A DNA stretch of 52,069 nucleotides, from NCBI GenBank assembly GCA_037440005.1, contig JBBIUY010000019.1:1-52069 (forward strand), in the 5' to 3' direction. Both the position numbers and the translations under genes were made by a program. This document shows positions 29,418-38,598 of this stretch, piece by piece. This DNA is from Armatimonadota bacterium. Lineage in GTDB: Bacteria > Sysuimicrobiota > Sysuimicrobiia > Sysuimicrobiales > Kaftiobacteriaceae. How positions within the stretch are numbered: the first letter of the stretch is position 1; each line of letters begins with the position of its first letter. Below the pieces are notes generated by a model that saw nothing but the letters and a program-made list of their open reading frames with translations, was not told the DNA's origin and did no database searches.

Positions 29418-30128
29418 CTAGCGGTCCCGGGCCGCGGCCACCAGAGCCTCAAACAGGCGCGCCATGCGGGGATCGCGGTCCAGCATGCGCTCGGGGTGCC
29501 ACTGGACGGCGACGAAGAACGGGCGGTCGGGGGCTTCCACCGCCTCGACGACGCCGTCGGGGGATCGGGCCGTCACCACCAGTCCCGGCGCCACAGCCTT
29601 GACGGCCTGATGGTGGGCGCTGTTGACCTCCAGGGCGTCCGCGCCCACCACGTCGGCCAGACGGCAACCGGGGACGAGGCGGACCGGATGGACGACGTCG
29701 GCGCCCGCGCCCTGGTGGACCCGGCCGTCCAGACCCGCCAGGGTCAGGTCCTGGTGCAGGGTGCCGCCCAGGGCCACGTTGAGGGTCTGGATGCCCCGGC
29801 AGATCCCCAGCACGGGCGCGGCGGCCTGCCAGGCGGCCCGGGCCAGAGGCAGCTCGACGGCGTCGCGCTCGGAGTCCACCTCCACGCCGGCGCGGGGATC
29901 CAGCTCCTCCCCGTAGTGATGCGGGGCGATGTCGGCGCCGCCGCTGAACAGCACGGCGTCCACCCGCTCCAGCACCGCCTCGGCTTTGCCCGCCTGCCGC
30001 AGGGATGCGGGATCCAGCCACACCACCTCTCCGCCGGCGGCGGCCACCGCGTCGGCGTACCGGCGCCCTGTGGGGCTGGCCGGCCCGCCGGCGGAGGCGG
30101 TGATGCCGATGCGGGGCCGGCGGGTCAC
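29418..30128 (-). CDS. Gamma-glutamyl-GABA hydrolase family (peptidase C26) amidotransferase
   Basis: SGGADI.P, LGICRGIQ, VNSAHHQAV, VQWHPE. Confidence 0.9.
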   Translation of the reverse strand: MTRRPRIGITASAGGPASPTGRRYADAVAAAGGEVVWLDPASLRQAGKAEAVLERVDAVLFSGGADIAPHHYGEELDPRAGVEVDSERDAVELPLARAAWQAAAPVLGICRGIQTLNVALGGTLHQDLTLAGLDGRVHQGAGADVVHPVRLVPGCRLADVVGADALEVNSAHHQAVKAVAPGLVVTARSPDGVVEAVEAPDRPFFVAVQWHPERMLDRDPRMARLFEALVAAARDR

Positions 30129-30862
30129 GGCAGACCTCCGGGGGGAGTGACGCAGAACCCGCAGGGCCTGTCCAGGTCCGCCTGGGAGGAGAGGAGGAGC
30201 TCGTGGAGGGTCATCCGCAGCCCCCGCAGGCGGAAGGTCACCGGCCAGTCCATCTGGGACATGACGGGGTTGATCCGGTTCTCCAGGGCGCGCAGCACGA
30301 ACGAGAACACGGGGAAGCCGTTCACCCGGGCCCGCTCCAGGTGGAAGTAGAGGTCCTTGGTGCCGTTGACCGCAAAGCGGCCCTGCAGGAAGACCCGCAC
30401 CGGGACGCCCTCCAGCGGCACCGTCCCCTCGGCGTACAGGGAGCGGCCGTCGGACCACACCCGGGCGTCGGCGACGCCGCTGGCGGCGAACAGGCCCTGA
30501 AGGCTGGCGATGGACGTGCGGCCGTGCAGCGCCGTGTCCCGGGCGCCCAGCAGCCGCAGGCGGCCCCGCTCCAGGGCGTCGGGATCCAGGGACACCCCCA
30601 CCAGCTTGAACCACACCTCGTCGGCCACCAGGGTCCCCAGCGCCGCGCGGCGCGCGTACAGGCTGATGCGCGCGTAGCCTCCCGGGTACAGGTCCGGGAC
30701 GCTTTCCACGTAGACGGCGGCGGTCCGCAGGTACCGGGAAAACGCACGGACCAGCGCGGGATCCTGCCGCACCGGTTCCGGCGGCGGCAGCTGGGCCCGC
30801 ACGGGCGCCGCCAGCGCCGCGGCCAGCAGCGCCGCCCCCAGCAGGCTCCCGCGGCTATTCAC
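30125..30862 (-). CDS. Exported protein, probable DUF2993/LmeA-like lipid-binding family
   Basis: Signal peptide (LLGAALLAAALAAPVRA), beta-rich body, INPV C-terminal motif; family call tentative. Confidence 0.55.
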   Translation of the reverse strand: MNSRGSLLGAALLAAALAAPVRAQLPPPEPVRQDPALVRAFSRYLRTAAVYVESVPDLYPGGYARISLYARRAALGTLVADEVWFKLVGVSLDPDALERGRLRLLGARDTALHGRTSIASLQGLFAASGVADARVWSDGRSLYAEGTVPLEGVPVRVFLQGRFAVNGTKDLYFHLERARVNGFPVFSFVLRALENRINPVMSQMDWPVTFRLRGLRMTLHELLLSSQADLDRPCGFCVTPPGGLP

Positions 30863-30864
30863 CC

Positions 30865-31866
30865 CTATCCCTCCGCCAGCGCGGCGGCGTGGGCGAACAC
30901 GGCCGGCTGGCCGCCGGTGTGCCAGAAGACCACCGCGTGCTCCCGGGTGAACTGCCCCTGGCGGATCAGCCCCATCAGGCCGGCCATCGCCTTGCCGGTG
31001 TACACCGGGTCCAGCAGGATGCCCTCGGTGCGGGCGGTCAGACGGATGGCGTCCAGTCCCTCGGGGGTGGGCAGGCCGTACCCCTCCCCCACGAACTGAT
31101 CATAGACGATCAGGTCATCCGGGTGCGGGCGCCAGGCTAGCCCCAGCAGGTCCGCGAGGTCGGTGACGATCCCCAGGACCCGGCGCACCACCACCCCGGC
31201 GGCGGGCCCCGCGCTGATGCCCACCACCCGGACGGGGCTGCCGGTCATCCGGGTGCCGGCGTACAGGCCGGCCTGGGTGCCTCCCGACGTGCTGGCGTGC
31301 ACCACCGCGTCCACCCGGATCCCCAGGGCGGCAATCTGGGCCGCCACCTCCTGCCAGGCGGCCAGGTAGGCGGCGGCCCCCAGGGCGGTGCTGCCGCCCC
31401 GGGGGATGACGTAGGGCCGGCGCCCCTGCCGTCGCAGCTGGCGGGCGACGTCGTCCACGACGCCGCTGAGCACGTACTCGTCGTCGGTCTGGATGATGCG
31501 CACCTCGGCGCCGAAGATCCGGTCCAGCAGCAGGTTGCCCTGAGCCAGCGCAGGCGGCTCGCCCTGCAGCACCAGCACGGCGTCCATCCCCAGCCGGCGG
31601 GCCGCCGCCGCGGTCATGCGGGCGTGGTTGGACTGGACGGCCCCCACGGTGACCACCACGTCGCAGCCCTGCCGCCGGGCCTCCCCCAGCAGGAACTCCA
31701 GCTTGCGGGCCTTGCTGCCCCCCAGGGCCAGGCCCGTGAGGTCGTCGCGCTTGATCCAGATGCGCGGCCCTCCCAGGTAGTCCGCCAGCCGCGGCGCCTC
31801 CTCCAGGGGCGTGGGCAGGTGGGCCAGACGCACCCGGGGCAGCCTCTGCAGGTCCGCTCCCTCCAC
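30865..31866 (-). CDS. D-cysteine desulfhydrase family PLP enzyme
   Basis: PTPLE, IKRDDLTG..GGSKARKLE, QSNHAR, LLDPVYTGKA, WHTGG. Confidence 0.88.
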   Translation of the reverse strand: MEGADLQRLPRVRLAHLPTPLEEAPRLADYLGGPRIWIKRDDLTGLALGGSKARKLEFLLGEARRQGCDVVVTVGAVQSNHARMTAAAARRLGMDAVLVLQGEPPALAQGNLLLDRIFGAEVRIIQTDDEYVLSGVVDDVARQLRRQGRRPYVIPRGGSTALGAAAYLAAWQEVAAQIAALGIRVDAVVHASTSGGTQAGLYAGTRMTGSPVRVVGISAGPAAGVVVRRVLGIVTDLADLLGLAWRPHPDDLIVYDQFVGEGYGLPTPEGLDAIRLTARTEGILLDPVYTGKAMAGLMGLIRQGQFTREHAVVFWHTGGQPAVFAHAAALAEG

Positions 31867-31940
31867 CCAGGTCCCTCCTCCCGCCCCTGGCGGGTCGCCC
31901 AGGCTCTGAGGGTGGGTTCGACGCCGCTCTGCCCGCCCCC

Positions 31941-32771
31941 TCAGGGGTCGGACACCAGGGGCGTGCGGGACCGCGGGTACGAGCCCAGGACCCTCAGGAA
32001 GATCGTCAGCCGGCTCAACTCGGCCAGCGCGTCGGCCACCGGGGGGTCGTCGCGGTGTCCCTCAAAGTCCACGTAGAACAGGTACTCCCAGGGGACCTGG
32101 CGGCGCGGCCGGGACTCCAGCTTGGTCAGGTTGATGCCCCGGGTGGCGAACGCGCCCAGGGCCCGGTACAGGGCGCCGGGCACGTTGGCGGTGGTGAACA
32201 CGATGGACGTCTTGCTCTCGCCTGCCCGGGGCGCCGGTTCGGGGGCCAGGGCCAGGAACTTGGTGTAGTTGGCCGGGTTGGTCTCGATCCCCTCGGCCAG
32301 GACCGCCAGGGCGTAGATGCGGGCGGCGGCCCGCCCGGCGATGGCCCCCACACCGCGCAGGCGCTGCTCGGCCACCATCCGCGCGCTGCCGGCGGTGTCG
32401 GAGGCGGGGACGGGTTCCAGCCCGTGGGCGCGCAAAAACGCCTCGCACTGGGCCAGCGCCTGGGGGTGGGAGTACACCCGGCGGATGTCGGCCACCGTCT
32501 GGCCGGGCAGCGCCAGCAGGCAGTGCCGGATCCGCAGGTCCAGCTCGGCGGTGATGAACAGCGAGTGGGCGAGGAGCAGGTCGTAGGTCTCGTTGATGGA
32601 CCCGGCCTGGGAGTTCTCCACGGGCACCACGCCCCGCGCGGCGCGTCCGGAGGCGACGGCGTCAAAGACGTCCCGCAGGGACGGGCACGGCAGCACCTCC
32701 ACGTCCCCGAACAGCAGGACCACCGCCTCCTCGCTGTAGGCGCCGCGCTCTCCCTGGAAGGCGACCCGCAC
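31941..32771 (-). CDS. pheA: Prephenate dehydratase
   Basis: FQGERGAYSE, PVENS, SHPQALAQC, NLTKLESRP ACT domain. Confidence 0.95.
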   Translation of the reverse strand: MRVAFQGERGAYSEEAVVLLFGDVEVLPCPSLRDVFDAVASGRAARGVVPVENSQAGSINETYDLLLAHSLFITAELDLRIRHCLLALPGQTVADIRRVYSHPQALAQCEAFLRAHGLEPVPASDTAGSARMVAEQRLRGVGAIAGRAAARIYALAVLAEGIETNPANYTKFLALAPEPAPRAGESKTSIVFTTANVPGALYRALGAFATRGINLTKLESRPRRQVPWEYLFYVDFEGHRDDPPVADALAELSRLTIFLRVLGSYPRSRTPLVSDP

Positions 32772-32786
32772 CCCGGCGACCCCTCC

Positions 32787-34007
32787 TCAGGTCGGCCGCA
32801 TGTCCACCTGCACCGGCCGACCCCCCTGCAGGTAGATCCGGGGCACCCGCGGACCGATCCCGCACAGGACCTCGTAGGCGATGGTGCCGGCGACGGCGGC
32901 CACCTCGTCGGCGCGGACGTGTTCTCCGATCAATTCCACCACGTCCCCGACCGCCGCCGGCGCGTCCCCCAGGTCGGCCATCAGGTGGTCCATGCACACC
33001 ACCCCCGCCACCGGCACCCGGCGGCCCGCGATCCACACCCGGCCCTGCGCCCCCGCCCGGCGCGGGTAGCCGTCGGCGTACCCGCACGCCACGGTGGCGA
33101 TGGTGGTCTCCGCAGCCGTGCGGTAGCGCGCGCCGTAGCTCACCGGGGTGCCGGGGCCGACCCGCGCCAGCCGCACCACCCGGCTGCACAGCCGCAGCGC
33201 CGGCCGCAGGGGGAGGGCGGACAGGTGGGGGGCGGGAGGCAGGCCGTACAGGGCGATGCCCACCCGCACCAGGTCGTAGTGGGTATGCGGGTAGGCCAGG
33301 GCGGCGGCGCTGTTGGCCGCGTGCGCCACCACCTGCGGGAACTGCGCCCGCACCGCGGGCAGGACCGCCTCGAACCGGCGGACCTGTTCGGCCACGAAGG
33401 AGGGGTCGGGATCGTCGGCGGTGGCCAGGTGGGTGTAGCAGCCGGTCAGGACGGCCCCGGCCGACGCCAGCCGGCGCAGGGCCGGCCCCACCTGCTCGGG
33501 CAGCAGCCCCAGCCGGGTCATGCCCGTGTCCACCTTGAGGTGCAGCCCGACCCCGGGCGCGGCGTGCAGGATGTCCTCCAGGCTCTCCACGGAGGCCACC
33601 GTCAGCTGCAGGTCCCAGGCGGCCGCCTCCGGCAGGTCGGAGCGGTCGCAGGCGCCCAGGACCACGACCGGGGAGGTGATGCCGGCCCGGCGCAGAGCCA
33701 CCCCTTCCTGGACTGTGGCCACGCCCACCCACGACGCCCCCGCCTGCAGGGCGGCCCGGGCGACCGGGACGGCGCCGTGGCCGTAGCCGTCGGCCTTGAC
33801 CACCGCCATCAGGGCGCACCCCGGATGCAGGACCGCCCGCACCGCGGCCACGTTGGCGGCGACGGCGTCCAGGTCCACCTCCGCCCAGGTCCGCCGCGTG
33901 GCGGCCGCCACGGCGGCGCTGACCCGCTCCGCCCGCTCCACCACGGGGGACGTCGGGCGGACCGGGCCGCGGGCGGGGCGGGAGGGCGAAGGTGCCTGGT
34001 CGCTCAT
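32787..34007 (-). CDS. alr: Alanine racemase (start uncertain)
   Basis: AVVKADGYGHG, HLKVDTGMTRLG, VSYG, GYADGY, TIAYE. Confidence 0.95.
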   Translation of the reverse strand: MSDQAPSPSRPARGPVRPTSPVVERAERVSAAVAAATRRTWAEVDLDAVAANVAAVRAVLHPGCALMAVVKADGYGHGAVPVARAALQAGASWVGVATVQEGVALRRAGITSPVVVLGACDRSDLPEAAAWDLQLTVASVESLEDILHAAPGVGLHLKVDTGMTRLGLLPEQVGPALRRLASAGAVLTGCYTHLATADDPDPSFVAEQVRRFEAVLPAVRAQFPQVVAHAANSAAALAYPHTHYDLVRVGIALYGLPPAPHLSALPLRPALRLCSRVVRLARVGPGTPVSYGARYRTAAETTIATVACGYADGYPRRAGAQGRVWIAGRRVPVAGVVCMDHLMADLGDAPAAVGDVVELIGEHVRADEVAAVAGTIAYEVLCGIGPRVPRIYLQGGRPVQVDMRPT

Positions 34008-34942
34008 CCCCGCAGCGCTCCCGCCAGCAGGCCGCGCAGGAAGTACCGGCCCAGCAGGATGTACACCAGCAGCGTCGGCAGCGCCGCCAGCAGCGCTCCG
34101 GCCATCTGCACGTTCCACTCGACGATGTAGCTGCCCGCCAGGTTGTACAAAGCCACCGTCACCGGGCGCACGGCCGGCTTCTGGGTCAGGACCACGGCGA
34201 ACAGGAACTCGTTCCAGATGGAGGTGAACTGCCAGATCAGCACCACCGCAAACGCCGGCATGGAGATGGGCAGCAACACCCTTCCGTAGACGCCCAGCAG
34301 GCCCGCCCCGTCCACCCGGGCGGCGTCCACCAGCTCGTCGGGAATGGTGGCGTAGTAGTTCCGGAAGATCAAGGTGGTGATGGGGATGCCGTAGACGATG
34401 TGCACGAACGCCAGCCCCGCTATGGTCCCGTACCCGGGCACCAGGCTCGCCAGACCCGGGGGGACGCCCAGGGCCTGGGCCAGGTCGTTGACCCGCTGCA
34501 GGGTCCGCACCAGGGGGATGAGGATGCTCTGGTAGGGGATGAACATGCCGAACAGCAGCAGGGGAAAGATCAGGTCCGCTCCCCGCAGGCGGCCCTTGGC
34601 CAGCACGAACCCGTTGATGGACCCCACGAACGAGGAGATCACCGAGGCGGGCACGGTGAGCATCAGGCTGTTCGCCACGTGGGGGGCCAGCTGCCGGTAG
34701 GCCTGCCGGAAGCTGTCCAGGCTCACCGCCGACGGCAGCTGCCACATGCGGTCCAGCCCCGCCTCGGCGTAGGACTTGAGACCCGTGATCAGCAGCAGGT
34801 AGACCGGCAGGGCGTAAAACGCCGCCGCCGCCAGCAGGGGCAGGTAGATCAGGGACCGTCCCAGGGCCAGGGCCGCCGGCGACCGGGCGGCGGCGGGGGC
34901 CGGCAGGGTGGCCGCCGGCGCGGGGGCGAGCGGGCGCCTCAC
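34004..34942 (-). CDS. Carbohydrate ABC transporter permease (MalG/GtsC-like)
   Basis: GMFIPYQ, ELVDAARVDGA EAA loop, WQFTSIWNEFLF. Confidence 0.92.
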   Translation of the reverse strand: MRRPLAPAPAATLPAPAAARSPAALALGRSLIYLPLLAAAAFYALPVYLLLITGLKSYAEAGLDRMWQLPSAVSLDSFRQAYRQLAPHVANSLMLTVPASVISSFVGSINGFVLAKGRLRGADLIFPLLLFGMFIPYQSILIPLVRTLQRVNDLAQALGVPPGLASLVPGYGTIAGLAFVHIVYGIPITTLIFRNYYATIPDELVDAARVDGAGLLGVYGRVLLPISMPAFAVVLIWQFTSIWNEFLFAVVLTQKPAVRPVTVALYNLAGSYIVEWNVQMAGALLAALPTLLVYILLGRYFLRGLLAGALRG

Positions 34943-35919
34943 GGCTGGGCCTCCCGGCGGGCGCTGGAGATCAGGTAGGGGACGGTCAGCAGGCTCACGG
35001 CCACCAGCATGACGATGGCGATGGACGCCCCCAGGGCGTACTGGTCTCCCTGGAAGGTGGCCTCGAACATGAAGTAGGCCGGCACGTCGGTGGCAAACCC
35101 CGGGCCCCGCTTGCTCATGGCGGCCACCAGGTCGAAGATCTTCAGGGAGATGTGGCCCAGCACGATCAGGGCGCTGAGGGTGACCGGCCGCACGAACGGC
35201 AGCAGGACGTACCGATACACCGCCCACTCGCTGGCGCCGTCGATGCGGGCGGCCTCCCGCAGCTCGTCGGGGACGCTGCGCAGGGCCGCCAGGTACAGGG
35301 CCATCACGAACCCGGACATCTGCCAGGTGGCCGCGACCACCACCGAGAGCATGGCCACCGGGACGCCCCACAGGGGGCTGGCCAGCGCCCCCAGCCCCAC
35401 CTGGTCCAGCAGCCGGCCGAGGGCGCTGTCGGGGCGGATGTACAGGATGGTGGGGTCGGTGTACCAGCGCAGGTGCGGGACTCCCAGGCGGGACAGCAGC
35501 ACGTTGATCCCGGTCAGCCGCCCCGTGGCGGGGTCGCCGGGTGCCAGCAGCCACCGCCAGGCCACCCCGGTCACGATGAAGGAGATCGCCAGGGGGAACA
35601 GGTACAGGGTGCGGAACACGCTCTCCCCCCGCACGCCCCGGTCCAGCAGGATGGCCAGACCCAGCCCCAGCGTCATGCAGGCCGCCAGCAGCACGGTGGT
35701 GAACGCCACCGTGTTGCGCAGGTCGATCTGAAAGCGCGGGGTGCTGAACAGGCTGACGTAGTTCGCCAGGCCCACCCAGTGCAGCTGCGGCCGCAGGCCG
35801 GCCCAGTTGGTCAGGGAGACCCAGGCGGTCCAGCCGATGAAGCCGTAGACGAACACCCCCACCGCCACCAGGGAGGGGAGGATCAACGCCCAGGCCACCG
35901 CACGGTCTGACAGCCGCAT
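34939..35919 (-). CDS. Carbohydrate ABC transporter permease (MalF/GtsB-like)
   Basis: VGLANY, WQMSGFVMALYLA, REAARIDGA. Confidence 0.92.
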   Translation of the reverse strand: MRLSDRAVAWALILPSLVAVGVFVYGFIGWTAWVSLTNWAGLRPQLHWVGLANYVSLFSTPRFQIDLRNTVAFTTVLLAACMTLGLGLAILLDRGVRGESVFRTLYLFPLAISFIVTGVAWRWLLAPGDPATGRLTGINVLLSRLGVPHLRWYTDPTILYIRPDSALGRLLDQVGLGALASPLWGVPVAMLSVVVAATWQMSGFVMALYLAALRSVPDELREAARIDGASEWAVYRYVLLPFVRPVTLSALIVLGHISLKIFDLVAAMSKRGPGFATDVPAYFMFEATFQGDQYALGASIAIVMLVAVSLLTVPYLISSARREAQP

Positions 35920-35936
35920 GGTGATGTTAGTTCGCG

Positions 35937-35971
35937 GAAAACGGGAGGCGGCCCTGTGGGGGCCGCCTCCC
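35937..35971 (-). terminator. Stem-loop after the binding-protein gene (partial terminator or mRNA stabiliser)
   Basis: GGGAGGCGGCCC / GGGCCGCCTCCC 12-bp stem followed by GTTTT on the minus strand. Confidence 0.65.
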
Positions 35972-35994
35972 CGCACCCGGGCCCGCCGGCGGGC

Positions 35995-37257
35995 CTACTT
36001 GCACACGCCGGCGTCCCGGCAGGCCTTGGCAAACCCGGCCTGGGCCTTGGCCACGTCCCGGTCGTTGACGAAGGCGGTCATCACGTCGTTGATCATCGTC
36101 ACCCACGTCTCCGACGCCGCCGCGCCGTGGGCCAGGCTGGGGACGATGGCGTCCCGGGCCCAGTCCTGCATCGCCGACCGCAGGTAGGGGCCGAACAGCT
36201 GCGGGTTGCAATCGCTGCGGGCGCAGATGGACCCCTTGACCGGGTTGAACGCCTCCTGGCCCGCCTTGCTGCCCACCAGCCGCAGCCAGGCGATGGCCTG
36301 CTGGCGGTGGGGGGCCTTCTTGGGCAGCCCGAAGGTGTCCGACAGGGCCACGAACACGCCCCGGGTGCCGGGCGGGGAGGCCCACCCCGAGTCCTTGAAG
36401 CCCTTGGCCAGGTTGTCGGCGTCCACCCAGTCGCCCATGATGGTCATGCCCGCCTTGCCCTGGATCACCAGGTCGTTGGCCTGGTCCCAGGACAGCGCCG
36501 CGTGGTCGGGGTTGACGTACTGCAGCATGCGGGCCATGGTCTGCAGGGCGCGGCGGACCTCGGGCCCGGTCCAGCTGGTGGCGCCGGTCCACAGTCCCTT
36601 GTAGGCCTGGGGGCTCATGGACCCGGCCAGGATCACCTCAAACAGGTGCACCGACGCCCAGATCCCCACGTCGCCCAGGGCCAGGGGGGTGATCCCCTTG
36701 GCCTTCATCCGCTCGGCCAGAGCGAAGAACTCGTCGAAGGTGGTCGGCGGGCGCCACCCGTTGGCCTGGAAGACCTTGCGGTTATACCACAGGACGTTGG
36801 CCCGGTGGATGTTGACCGGCACCGACCAGTAGCTGCCCTGGTAGCGCAGCAGCTCCAGCACCCCCCGGGGGAAGACCCGCTCCCAGCCCTCGGACCGGTA
36901 CAGGTCGTCCAGGGGCTCCATGTAGCCCGTCACCACCCACGTGTCGATGAGCTCCCGGCCCATGTGGACCTGGAAGGAGTCCGGAGGGTCGCCGCCCAGC
37001 ATCCGGGCCTTCAGCGCCGGTTTGGCCTCAAAGCCGGCGCCGCCGGCGACGGTGGCGTTGATGATCTCCACCCCGGGGTACTGCTTGCGGTACATGTCGA
37101 ACAGCTTCAGCAGCCCCGCCGCCTCCCCGCCGGTGGTCCACCAGGAGAAGATTTCCAGCTTGGCGGCGGGACCCGCCCGAGCGACCGGCAGGCCGCCCAG
37201 GAGGACGGTTAAGACCAAGACACCCACCACGCCGGAGAGCAGGCTTCGGCGTCCCAT
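35995..37257 (-). CDS. ABC substrate-binding protein, glucose/galactose type
   Basis: Signal peptide then KLEIFSWW..GGEA...YPGVEIINATVAGGAG...MLGGDPPDSFQVH, PVNIHRAN, IMGDW; resembles the Thermus glucose-binding protein. Confidence 0.9.
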   Translation of the reverse strand: MGRRSLLSGVVGVLVLTVLLGGLPVARAGPAAKLEIFSWWTTGGEAAGLLKLFDMYRKQYPGVEIINATVAGGAGFEAKPALKARMLGGDPPDSFQVHMGRELIDTWVVTGYMEPLDDLYRSEGWERVFPRGVLELLRYQGSYWSVPVNIHRANVLWYNRKVFQANGWRPPTTFDEFFALAERMKAKGITPLALGDVGIWASVHLFEVILAGSMSPQAYKGLWTGATSWTGPEVRRALQTMARMLQYVNPDHAALSWDQANDLVIQGKAGMTIMGDWVDADNLAKGFKDSGWASPPGTRGVFVALSDTFGLPKKAPHRQQAIAWLRLVGSKAGQEAFNPVKGSICARSDCNPQLFGPYLRSAMQDWARDAIVPSLAHGAAASETWVTMINDVMTAFVNDRDVAKAQAGFAKACRDAGVCK

Positions 37258-37404
37258 GGCACCCTCCCCCTCTCGTCTGTTCTGTCCGCGCGCAGCCCGC
37301 GCGGTGTCAAGCGTCGCTGTCGGGAGATCCGCCGGGGTATTCTCTTCCGGGAGGACGGTCTCCTCCGGCGGGAGCGGCCGGGCCGGGGGCGAACAGAAAC
37401 CTCG

Positions 37405-38577
37405 ATGGAATCCTCCCTCGCCGACGACGCGGTGGCCGCCGCCTTCGCCGCCCGCTTCGGGGTCCCGCCATCCGGGATCGCCCGCGCGCCCGGGCGCGTG
37501 AACCTCATCGGGGAGCACACCGACTACAACGACGGATTGGTCCTGCCCGCCGCCATCGACCGCCACGTGCGCATCGCCGCGCGCCCCACCCCCGGCGGCG
37601 TGATCCGGGTGGTCGCGTCGCTGTACGGGGAGGCCGCCGAGTTCCCCGCCGCCGATCCCGGCCGGCCCGTCCTGCCGCCGTGGGCCCGGTACCTGCAGGG
37701 CGTCGCCGTGCAGATGGCCGGGCGGGGGATCCGCCTGCGCGGGCTGGACGCCCTCATCGCCGCCGACCTCCCCGCCGGCGCCGGGTTGAGCTCGTCGGCG
37801 GCGCTGGAGGTGGCGGGCGCGCTCGTCCTCGAGCACGCCAGCGGACATCCCCTGCCGCCGCGGGAGCGGGCGCTGCTGTGCCGGGCGGCCGAGGTGGAGT
37901 TCGTCGGCGTGCCCTGCGGTATTATGGACCAGTTCGCCGCCACCTTGTGCCGGCGGGGCCACGCATTGTTTGTGGACTGCCGGTCGCTGGAGACCCACCA
38001 CATCCCCCTGCCCCGCGACCTGGCCCTGGCCGTGTGCGACACCGGCGTGCCCCGGTCGCTGGCCGCGTCCGCCTACGCCCGCCGCCGGCAGGAGTGCGAC
38101 GCCGCGGTGCAGGCCCTGCGGCAGGCCGGCCTGCCGGTGCGGTCGCTGCGGGATCTGACCACGGACGACCTGCCGGCGGTGGAACGGCTGGCCGACCCGC
38201 TGCGGCGGCGCGCCCGGCACGTGGTCACCGAGAACGCGCGGGTGGTGGAAACCGCCCGGCTGCTGGAGGGCGGACAGGTGCAGGGCCTGCGGGAGGTCTT
38301 CCAGGCCTCCCACCGCAGCCTGCGGGATGACTACGAGGTCAGCTGTCCGGAGCTGGACGCCATGGCGGAGGCGGCGCTGGACGCGCCGGGCTGCCTGGCC
38401 GCCCGGATGACGGGGGCCGGGTTCGGCGGGGCGGTGGTGGCCGTGGTGCAGCGCAGCGAGGGCGAGGCGTTCCTGGCCGCCGTCCTGGACGGCTACCGCC
38501 GGCGGACCGGCCGGGAGGGAAGCGCCTTTCTCACCGAGGCCGCCGAGGGAGCGCAGTGGCGTGCGTGGAGCCCCTGA
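37405..38577 (+). CDS. galK: Galactokinase
   Basis: APGRVNLIGEHTDYNDG, PAGAGLSSSAA, CGIMDQ, ARMTGAGFGG. Confidence 0.96.
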   Translation: MESSLADDAVAAAFAARFGVPPSGIARAPGRVNLIGEHTDYNDGLVLPAAIDRHVRIAARPTPGGVIRVVASLYGEAAEFPAADPGRPVLPPWARYLQGVAVQMAGRGIRLRGLDALIAADLPAGAGLSSSAALEVAGALVLEHASGHPLPPRERALLCRAAEVEFVGVPCGIMDQFAATLCRRGHALFVDCRSLETHHIPLPRDLALAVCDTGVPRSLAASAYARRRQECDAAVQALRQAGLPVRSLRDLTTDDLPAVERLADPLRRRARHVVTENARVVETARLLEGGQVQGLREVFQASHRSLRDDYEVSCPELDAMAEAALDAPGCLAARMTGAGFGGAVVAVVQRSEGEAFLAAVLDGYRRRTGREGSAFLTEAAEGAQWRAWSP

Positions 38578-38598
38578 CGCCCGGCCGCGCGCATCCTC

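Noticed and set aside
30865..31866. ACC deaminase
   Set aside because: It has DPVYTGK rather than the ACC deaminase DPVYEGK signature
31867..31945. Structured RNA between pheA and the PLP enzyme (contains GGTTCGA)
   Set aside because: Only a weak imperfect hairpin overlapping the pheA stop; no tRNA arms
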